From: an uncultured Candidatus Entotheonella sp. | GTDB taxonomy: Bacteria > Tectomicrobia > Entotheonellia > Entotheonellales > Entotheonellaceae | Length of the DNA: 64,000 nt | Assembly: GCA_965215335.1 (NCBI GenBank) | Contig: CBDCDA010000002.1 | Coordinates: 768,001 to 832,000 of the forward strand | Direction: 5' to 3' | Shown here: positions 54,517 to 64,000 of the stretch, piece by piece | How the letters are laid out: each line of letters starts with the position of its first letter | Position numbering within the stretch: the stretch's first letter is position 1 | Position numbers and translations under genes: made by a program | Notes under the pieces: generated by a model | The model's input: the letters and a program-made list of their open reading frames with translations, nothing else | Databases searched by the model: none | What the model was told of the DNA's origin: nothing

Positions 54517-55875
54517 ATGGGTGCCCTCACCCCGCGTGAGATCGTTCAGGAACTGGACAAATACATCGTTGGGCAGGACGACGCCAAGCGCGCCGTGGCG
54601 ATCGCGCTGCGCAACCGCTGGCGGCGTCAGCAGCTGGCCCCGGAGTTGCGCAACGAGGTGGCGCCCAAGAACATCATCATGATTGGCCCCACCGGGGTCG
54701 GCAAGACCGAGGTGGCGCGCCGTCTGGCCTCCCTGGCGCACTCGCCCTTCCTCAAGATCGAAGCCTCCAAGTTCACCGAGGTCGGCTATGTCGGGCGCGA
54801 CGTGGAATCAATGATCCGCGACCTTGCCGAGCTCAGCAAGAACATGGTGCAGCAGGAAGAGATGCGACGGGTGCAGGAGAAGGCGGCGGAGAACGCCGAG
54901 GAGCGTCTGCTGGATTTGCTGCTGCCGCACCCGCCGCGCGCGCCGGATACCGAACCGTCCGGCAATCTCGATGACCTCGGGCAACAGCATTATCAGAAGA
55001 CCCGCGAGAAGTTCCGCCGGTACCTGCGGGACGGCAAGCTCGACGACCGGCTTGTCGAGCTGGAGGTGCAGGACGGCAACAACCTGCCGATGATCGAGGT
55101 GGTGTCCGGCTCCGGGCTGGAAGACATGGGCATTCACATCAAGGACATGCTGGGCAACCTGTTTCCGCAGCGCAAGAAACGGCGCCAGGCCAGGGTGCCC
55201 GACGCCTTCAACATCCTCATGCAGGAGGAGGCGCAGCGCTTGGTCGACATGGACGCCGTGGTCAAGGAGGCGGTGCGGCGCGTGGAGCAGTCCGGCATCA
55301 TCTTCCTCGACGAGCTGGACAAGATCGCCGGGCGCGAGCGCAGCAGCGGCCCGGACGTGTCGCGCGAGGGCGTGCAGCGCGACCTGCTTCCGGTCATCGA
55401 GGGCAGCACGGTCAACACGAAATACGGCATGATCAAAACCGACCACATTCTCTTCATCGCCGCCGGGGCGTTCCACGTCTCCAAGCCGGCGGACCTGATC
55501 CCCGAGTTGCAGGGACGCTTTCCCATCCGGGTCGAGCTGCAGGCGCTGGGGAAGGACGACTTCGTGCGCATTTTGCGCGAGCCTCGCAACGCCCTCCTCA
55601 AGCAGTACCGGGCGCTGCTCGACACCGAGGGCGTCGAGGTAGTGTTCAGTGACGACGCCATCGAGGAGCTTGCCGGCATCGCCGATCGCGTCAATCAGCA
55701 GACGGAAAACATCGGCGCCCGCCGCCTGTACACCATCCTGGAACGACTGCTGGACGATCTCTCCTTCCGTGCCTCGGACATGACGGCAGGGCAGGTGACC
55801 ATCGACCGCCAGTACGTCGTGAAACGCCTCGAGGATGTCGTCAGCAGCGAGGACATCACCCGCTACATTCTATAG
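54517..55875 (+). CDS. hslU: ATP-dependent protease ATPase subunit HslU
   Basis: [34 protein letters not shown]. Confidence 0.98.
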   Translation: MGALTPREIVQELDKYIVGQDDAKRAVAIALRNRWRRQQLAPELRNEVAPKNIIMIGPTGVGKTEVARRLASLAHSPFLKIEASKFTEVGYVGRDVESMIRDLAELSKNMVQQEEMRRVQEKAAENAEERLLDLLLPHPPRAPDTEPSGNLDDLGQQHYQKTREKFRRYLRDGKLDDRLVELEVQDGNNLPMIEVVSGSGLEDMGIHIKDMLGNLFPQRKKRRQARVPDAFNILMQEEAQRLVDMDAVVKEAVRRVEQSGIIFLDELDKIAGRERSSGPDVSREGVQRDLLPVIEGSTVNTKYGMIKTDHILFIAAGAFHVSKPADLIPELQGRFPIRVELQALGKDDFVRILREPRNALLKQYRALLDTEGVEVVFSDDAIEELAGIADRVNQQTENIGARRLYTILERLLDDLSFRASDMTAGQVTIDRQYVVKRLEDVVSSEDITRYIL

Positions 55876-55918
55876 GGCCGCCTATAGGGTCGCGCGGCCG
55901 CACGAGGAGTCGTTGGCC

Positions 55919-56806
55919 ATGCCCCCGACTGACCATATTCAGCAGGCCCATATGCTAGTCGAGGCCCTGCCGTACATCCAGCTGTTTTCCAACAAGACCG
56001 TGGTGGTGAAATACGGCGGCCACGCCATGACCGACGAAGCGCTGCGCGATTCCTTTGCGCGCGACATCGTGCTGCTGCAATGCGTCGGCATGCACCCCAT
56101 CGTCGTGCACGGCGGCGGACCGCAGATCGACGCCGTCATGAAGCGCATGGGGATCTCGGCGCGCTTCGAGGCCGGGTTGCGGGTGACCGACACGGCCACC
56201 ATGGAGGTGGTTGACATGGTGCTGGGCGGCAAGCTGAACAAGGAGATCGTCGCCACCATCAACCTGCACGGCGGCCAGGCGATCGGCCTGAGCGGCAAGG
56301 ACGCCAATCTGATCACTGCCGCCAAGAAGCAGATATACCGCTCCGTCTCACCCGGCAACCCACCGCAACTGGTTGACATCGGGCTGGTCGGCGAAGTCAA
56401 GACGGTCAACACGTCGATTCTTCTCACGCTGGAGAACAACGGTTTCATCCCCGTCATTGCGCCGACGGGCGTGGGTGAAAACGGGGAGAGCTACAACATC
56501 AACGCCGACACCGCCGCGGGCGACATCGCCGCGGCCCTGCAAGCCGAGCGGCTGCTGTTTCTGACGGACGTGGAAGGAATTCTGGACCGTGACAAGAAAT
56601 TGCTGCCGAGCCTCGACCGGCAGGCCGTTCAGCGGCTGCAGGACGAGGCCGTGATTGACGGCGGCATGCTGCCCAAGGTGGCGGCGTGCCTGCGCGCCCT
56701 GGGCGGCGGCGCCGCCAAGACCCACATCATCGATGGCCGGGTGCCGCACGTGGTGCTTCTGGAACTGTTCACGGACCGCGGCGTGGGCACGGAGATCGTC
56801 CGGTAG
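55919..56806 (+). CDS. argB: Acetylglutamate kinase
   Basis: VKYGGHAM, VHGGGPQI, GLRVTD, NINAD, GGMLPK. Confidence 0.97.
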   Translation: MPPTDHIQQAHMLVEALPYIQLFSNKTVVVKYGGHAMTDEALRDSFARDIVLLQCVGMHPIVVHGGGPQIDAVMKRMGISARFEAGLRVTDTATMEVVDMVLGGKLNKEIVATINLHGGQAIGLSGKDANLITAAKKQIYRSVSPGNPPQLVDIGLVGEVKTVNTSILLTLENNGFIPVIAPTGVGENGESYNINADTAAGDIAAALQAERLLFLTDVEGILDRDKKLLPSLDRQAVQRLQDEAVIDGGMLPKVAACLRALGGGAAKTHIIDGRVPHVVLLELFTDRGVGTEIVR

Positions 56807-56858
56807 AGTCGCTTGGGACCCTACGCCACCTCGCCTCTGGAGAGGGAGAGTTGTTTAG

Positions 56859-57705
56859 GGTTTGTGGACATTTGCACAGTCCTTGGCCATAATGGGATAG
56901 GCCCCAACCCCGATCAACAACAACCAAACGGAGGTGGACGCATACCGCGACGAATCCTCAGCAACTCGCAATGGGATCGCGTAGCGCCCCTGCTACCCGG
57001 AAAGACCGAAGACCCAGGACGATCCGCAAGAGACAACCGGGAGTTCCTCGAAGCCGTCCTGTGTATCGCCCGTACCGGCGCCCCATGGCGCGACCTGCCA
57101 GACGAGTTCGGACGCTGGAACTCGGTTGTTCCGACGCTTCCGAAGATGGGCCCTGAAGGGCGTCTTCAAGAGGGTCTTCGAGGTCTTGTCGGTCGATCGA
57201 CTTCGAGTACGTGCTCATCGACGGCACCATCGCAAGACTCATCAACACGGGGCTGGCGCAAAAGGGGGACCCGCAGCCAGGCGATCGGTCGCTCGCGGGG
57301 TGGCCCAGGCACGAAAATCAGCGTGATGGTGGACGCCTTGGGCAACCTGGTGCGTTTCGTGCTGCTGCCGGGTCAGCGCCATGATCTGATTGGCGTCCCG
57401 CCACTGCTCGAGGGTGTCGAGTTCGAGGCGCTGATTGCCGACAAGGCTTACGACAGCAACGACTTGCGGGCCGAGTTGGGAGTCCGTGCGGCGACGGCGG
57501 TGATTCCTCCCAGGTCCAATCGTGTCGAGGCCATCGACTACGACACGGAGATGTACGAGTGGCGTCACCTGGTGGAGAATTTCTTTTGCAAGCTCAAGCA
57601 TTTTCGTCGTCTTGCGATGCGTTTCGAGAAGACCGACGTCAGCTACGCCGCGATGATCCATGTGGTGAGTTCTCGCTTGGCACTTGTCTAAATGTCCACA
57701 GGCCC
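56859..57705 (+). mobile_element. Second type of IS5-family element with degraded transposase
   Basis: IRs GGGTTTGTGGACATTT / AAATGTCCACAGGCCC; TA flanks; RTGAPWRDLP, IGRSRGG, ADKAYD, RHLVENFFCKLK; extra frameshifts. Confidence 0.9.
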
Positions 57706-57707
57706 TA

Positions 57708-58549
57708 GGTTCAGGACTCATATCCAGAAGATGACCGTGGCAGCAAGGCAGATGGCACTGAAAAAGGTGTGCGCACACCGGTCATAGCGCGTGGCGATGC
57801 GACGCCAATCCTTGAGACGACCGAACAGGCGCTCGATGAGATTACGGCTCTTGTAAAGCTCCGTGTCGTAGACAATCGGCTCTTTACGATTGCACGGCCT
57901 GGAATACAGGGCTTGATCTTGCGCTCGGCAAGCGCCTTGCGCAGCCGGTTGCTGTCATAACCCTTGTCGGCAATCAGCACGTCGGCCTCCGGCAATGCGG
58001 GCGGCGCCATGTCCGCCCCGCGATAGTCGCTGACCCGGCCCGCAGTCAACACCATGACGACGGGCTTGCCGTCGCCGTCGCAGACGGCGTGAAGTTTCGA
58101 GTTGAGGCCGCCTCGGGTACGCCCGATATGACGCGGAAAAGCCCCCCCTCAAGCAGGCTGGCAGCGGTGCGATGCGCCTTGAGATGCGTGCTGTCGATCA
58201 TGACGGTCTCGGTGGCCGTGCTGTCGGCGGCCAAGGTTTGGAAGATGCGGTCGAAGACACCGGCCTTGCTCCAGCGCACGAAGCGGTTGTAGAGCGTCTT
58301 GTGGGGACCGTAGCAGGCGGGCGCGTGGCGCCACATCAGACCGTATCGAATGACGTGGATGATGCCGCTGATGACTTTTCGGTCATCGACGCGTGGGACG
58401 CCCCGCACCTTGTTGGGTAGCAGGGGTTTCAGGCGGGCAAACTGCACGTCGGATAGCCAGAAGCAGTGATCGGGCATGATGAACCTCCTTATGAAGTTAG
58501 GGTCTTGAATCCTACATGATCAATGATACCCTTTTATAGGTCCTGAGCC
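57708..58549 (-). mobile_element. IS5-family two-ORF element, copy 2 (orfB frameshifted)
   Basis: Same IRs as 36885-37726; TA duplication; 1-bp loss near 57892. Confidence 0.93.
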
Positions 58550-58573
58550 TAGCCACGGCGAAAGGAAGGCATT

Positions 58574-59508
58574 GTGAAACGCGATTTACTGTCGCTCGCC
58601 GACGTGACGCCGGCAGAGATCGATGACCTGTTGTCCTTGGCCAGCGATCTCAAGACGCGGCGAAAGCGCGACGAACCGGCACCCCTGCTGGCCGGCAAGG
58701 CCTTGGCCGTGTACCTGGAAAAGCCGTCGCTGCGCACGCGGGCGTCGTTCGAGGTCGGCATGGCCCAGCTTGGCGGCGCCGTCACCACCCTGCGCCGGGA
58801 GGAAGTCGGCCTCGGCACGCGGGAGTCGGCGGGGGACGTCGGCCAGGTGCTGTCGCGGTATTACGACGCCGTCGTCATGCGCACCTTCGAGCACGGCGAC
58901 GTGGCGGAAGTCGCCCGGCATGCCAGCGTGCCGGTCATCAACGGCCTGACCGACTTGCTGCACCCGTGCCAGATTCTCACCGCCCTGCTGACGCTGCGGG
59001 AGCATTTCGGCAGCCTGAGCGGCTTGCACGTTGCCTACGTCGGTGACGGCAACAACGTGGCCAACTCGTGGCTGCTGGGCGCCGCCCAGACGGGCTTGCG
59101 GCTGACCATCGCGTGCCCGCCCGGTTATCAGCCGAACGCCACCATTCGCGAACAGGCCGAGGGCCTGGCACGCGGCACCGGGGCGGTGCTGGAAGTCGTC
59201 GAGGATCCGCGGCAGGGCGTCAGTGGCGCCGACGCGGTGTACACGGATGTCTGGGCCAGCATGGGACAGGAAGCCGAGGCCGCTCGCCGGGCCGAGGTCT
59301 TTCGTCCGTATCAGGTCGGAATGGATTTGATGACCAAGGCCGCGCCGCACGCCGTGGCCATGCACTGCCTGCCCGCCCATCGCGGCGAGGAAATCGCCGC
59401 CGACGTCCTGGAAGGGCCACGCTCGTTGGTGTTCGAGGAGGCGGAAAACCGCCTGCACGCCCAAAAGGCCCTGCTGGCATTTCTGGTCAACCCGGGAGGA
59501 AAGCACGC

Positions 59509-59512
<4 letters not shown>
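58574..59512 (+). CDS. argF: Ornithine carbamoyltransferase
   Basis: [30 protein letters not shown]. Confidence 0.93.
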
Positions 59513-60732
<1,220 letters not shown>

Positions 60733-60782
60733 GTCGGATTCGCACGGCGTGATCCGATGTTGCTTCAGGGCGGATTGACAGC

Positions 60783-60923
60783 ATGCGACTGTCCTGGAAC
60801 GAAATGCACGCCCGAGCCGGGACCTTTGCCCGCGAGTGGGCGCGCGCTATGAACGGGGCGAGACGCAGAGCTTCTACAACGAGTTCTTCCAGGTCTTTGG
60901 CGTCAAACGCCGCACCGTAGCTA
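60783..60923 (+). pseudogene. N-terminal stub of an MmeI-like (type IIL) restriction-modification enzyme
   Basis: MRLSWNEMHARAGTFAREW / YERGETQSFYNEFFQVFGVKRRTVA; frameshifted and cut by IS5. Confidence 0.75.
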
Positions 60924-61766
60924 GGCTCAGGACTCATATCCAGAAGATGACCGTGGCAGCAAGGCAGATGGCACTGAAAAAGGTGTGCGCACACCGGTCA
61001 TGGCGCGTGGCGATACGGCGCCAATCTTTGAGGCGACCGAACAGGCGCTCGATGAGATTACGGCTCTTGTAAAGCTCCGTGTCGTAGACAATCGGCTCTT
61101 TACGATTGGCACGGCCTGGAATACAGGGCTTGATCTTGCGCTCGGCAAGCGCCTTGCGCAGCCGGTTGCTGTCATAACCCTTGTCGGCAATCAGCACGTC
61201 GGCCTCCGGCAATGCGGGCGGCGCCATGTCCGCCCCGCGATAGTCGCTGACCTGACCCGCCGTCAACAACAGCACGATGGGCTTGCCATCGCCGTCACAG
61301 ACCGCATGGAGCCTGGAGTTCAGACCGCCTCGGGTGCACCCGATCTGACGCGGAAAAGCCCTTTTTTCAGCAGGCTGGCAGCGGTGCGATGCGCCTGGAT
61401 ATGGGTGCTGTCGATCATCACGGTTTCGGTCTCGGTGCTTTCTGATGCCAGGGTCTGGAAGACACGGTCGAACACCCCGGCCTTGCTCCGGCGCACGAAG
61501 CGGTTGCAGAGGGTCTTGTGGGGACCGTAGCAGGCGGGGGCATCGCGCCACATGAGACCATAGCGGATGACTTGGATGATACCGCTGATGACCTTTCGGT
61601 CATCGACGCGTGGGACGTCGCGCACCTTGTTGGGCAGCAGGGGTTGAAGTCGGGCAAACTGCGCATCGGAGAGCCAGAAGTGATGATCGGGCATGATGAG
61701 CCTCCCCATGGAGTCAGGGTCTTGAATCCGATATGTTCAATGATGACCCGTTATAGGTCCTGAGCC
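60924..61766 (-). mobile_element. IS5-family two-ORF element, copy 3 (reading frames intact)
   Basis: Same IRs; orfA/orfB in -1 relation across AAAAAAGGG; TA on one side only. Confidence 0.93.
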
Positions 61767-62226
61767 TGGCACCAACGAAGGCGACGTTGTGCTTGATCCC
61801 TTCTGCAAGTGTGCCGCAACGCTCGAGGTGGCCTACAAACTGAAGCGTCAATGGATTGGCATCAACGATGCCATTCACGCCGTCAAGCGCATGGCGGCAA
61901 TATGGCTTCGCGATCATCTGGAATTGAAAGAGGGAACCGATTTTATCCTTGAAGGCATTCCTCGAACCCTGAAAGATGCCCGCGATCCATGGGACCGCGA
62001 TCCGTATCACTTCCAAAGATGGGCCATAGAACAATCTGATGGCTTCGTGACAACGAGCAGAACAGCAGACGGCAGCATCCGACGGGCGCCTCTACTTCGG
62101 TCTGCCAAACATCAAAGGTCTGCAAAGCATGGCGATTGAAGTGAAAGGCGGTGAAGACGTGACCAGACGCGACTTCCGCATGTTACATGATGTGCTTGAA
62201 AACGGTGACGCGTTCATGGTTGGCTT
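61767..62226 (+). pseudogene. Internal fragment of a DNA methyltransferase fused to an Mrr-like endonuclease
   Basis: TNEGDVVLDPFCKCAATL (degenerate DPFxGxGTT), WIGI, FQRWAIE, DGSI-DGRLYF, IEVKGG; flanked by IS on both sides. Confidence 0.75.
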
Positions 62227-63753
62227 GTAAGCGTTCAGAGGGCCGTGCAATGGGAGGGGTTATCGTAGAGCCAAGAGAGGTCAGGCGGACGGTCGTGCAT
62301 GAACGCCTCAAGGGCGTCAACCAACACCGAGAAGGTCGATTGTTCCAGTTGCCGACATGTCTGACGCAGCGACAGACTCCGTTGCACCCAGGCATTGCCC
62401 TTGATACTCGCCGTACCCAAGGAACTCTTGCGCCACAACACGCCAAAGCGCAAGGCGCGCTCCGCCCGGTTGTTGGTCGGCTCAACTCCCGACTCGTTGA
62501 GAAACACCCACAACGAACCCAACTCGCGCCGTAAGCACCTCACCAGACGACCGCCATCATCAGGGCGCAGCCCATAGCGTTTCATCAGACGACACAACCG
62601 CGCATACCATGCCTGCCATTGCCCCCCACTTGGCGGCGCGTGAGCCATCTGACACAAACGCTGGAGTTCCTGCAAGACCGCCTTGCCACAGGCAGCAAGG
62701 CCAGGAACCTGTCGCTGCGACAACTCCCGGGCACGGCGAATGAGATGCGCCAAGCAGGTCTGACGAGCATTGCCCCAGGCTTGATACACCCCGTAGCCGT
62801 CACTGACCAGGATGCCGCGCCAATCCTTGATCAAAGACCCGAAGGCTTCCTGCGAACGCTTGGGATGAATACGGTACAGGGCGACGGTATCCGTGACCAT
62901 GCTCCAGAGCCATTGCAAGGCATGGCGGCAGTACCAGGGCGTCTCGTCAACGTAGCCCACCCGTGCCTTGCGGGCCAAGCGAGCCATGGCCGCATCGTGC
63001 GGCACAATAGCCAGGGAGGTACGGTCGATGAGACGCTGAATCGCCCCCAGGCTGATTGGCACACCCAACACCGAGCGACAGAAATCCTGTACGCCGCGCC
63101 GGGAGATGCGGTGCATGGCACTGAGTTCGCCAATCAAGGCCGTCAGACGCGGGCCATGGCCGGTTTGCTGCGCCTTGGGGAGGCGGGCCTTGAGCAGCCG
63201 GCCACAGCCTGAACATCGGCCTTGGTGCAAGACCTAGTGGGTGACGTGCAACGCCATGGGTGGCAACTCCATGACCTGATGGAGGTGATACGGCGCTGTC
63301 TGGCCAGGTACGCCCTGGCCGCAGGCACAAGGTCCGGGATGGATGGCCCGCCGCTCGGTGGGACGGCGCAATCTGGAGCCTGACCCAGGATGGCCCATTC
63401 GTGCGCCCCGTTTGCCTGGGGGCTTGTCTTGCTTGCTGACAGGTCTTTGGAAGGGTGAATCCGACGAGGGTGGTTTGTCGGATGTCTTGGACGTGCGTTG
63501 CAAGCGCTTTTGGAGTTGGTCGATTTGTTCCTGGAGTTGGGCCAGGCGTTGGTGCAGGGTGAAGAGACAGGCTTGTACAGCCGGTGGTGTGTGCTGCCAA
63601 TCGGTTTGCGACAGCGACTCAGGCGGTATCGACGGTTCCATTCGGGACTTCCTGAGAAGGGCAACGGGAGAGCGAAAAACGAGTGTGACCGTAGCCCATA
63701 ATAGGGCCGTCATGCAATAGATACCTGCACACTTGGCCCCCCTGAACGCTTAC
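62227..63753 (-). mobile_element. Single-ORF IS66-family element, copy 3 (one nonsense codon)
   Basis: GTAAGCGTTCAG IRs; TAG at 63234-63236 where copy 2 has TGG; no target duplication. Confidence 0.93.
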
Positions 63754-64000
63754 GGGTCGGCCATGCACCAGCGGGTCAACGCCGCTCCGAGTGCACGACC
63801 CGGGCCGGATTTGCCCAGGATGTCCAGCCAAGTCTCGTCCAGGAACCCGTCGCCGGAGAACAACGCATTGTCGGCCAGTTCCCCAAGAAGGGTGCGCATC
63901 GCGCCACTCAGGTCTTCGCGGTGCGCCTGGGCGGCCTCGACGTTCACGTACACGCATCGGAAGTCGCCTGCTTCGCCGCGGTTCAGCAGGTCCTTCAGCG
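63754..64000 (-). pseudogene. AAA ATPase-like ATP-binding protein, truncated by IS66; 5' end outside the window
   Basis: LKDLLNRGEAGDFRCVYVNVEAAQ...LTRWCMADP, cut just before the expected Walker B motif. Confidence 0.6.

Noticed and set aside
60775..60780. TTGACA upstream of the MmeI-like stub as a -35 box
   Set aside because: It lies only 2 bp before the ATG, leaving no room for a -10 element

Overview
GC-rich bacterial chromosomal window. Intact housekeeping blocks alternate with IS-riddled, decaying accessory patches. Core content: a sufR-C-B-D-Rieske-sufT-sufE Fe-S operon with no sufS, recQ, a peptide-type ABC transporter, ppiD, and dprA-topA-trmFO-xerC-hslVU-argB-(IS)-argF-argG. There are also several catabolic enzymes (TPP enzyme, two enolase-superfamily proteins, a family III CoA transferase, an MDR dehydrogenase). 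About 13 kb (roughly a fifth) is insertion sequence: ISAs1, three single-ORF IS66, two IS4-like, four IS5, one IS1182/IS5-like and an IS701 stub. Many copies are nested, tandem or mosaic. They sit among remnants of an NCS2 permease, Uma2, Fic, an AAA ATPase and two restriction-modification genes. This pattern suggests, by inference, a host-associated genome in early reduction. The best candidates for undescribed biology are: a MoaD/CysO-like ubiquitin-fold protein with a masked GG-RR tail, directly upstream of an M3-like pseudopeptidase; an OppB permease carrying a ~285-aa beta-sandwich-like extracytoplasmic insert; a sufS-less SUF operon ending in an actinobacterial-type SufE; and an orphan 809-aa membrane/coiled-coil protein. 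I saw no rRNA, tRNA or CRISPR array. All family assignments come from motif recognition, not database searches.
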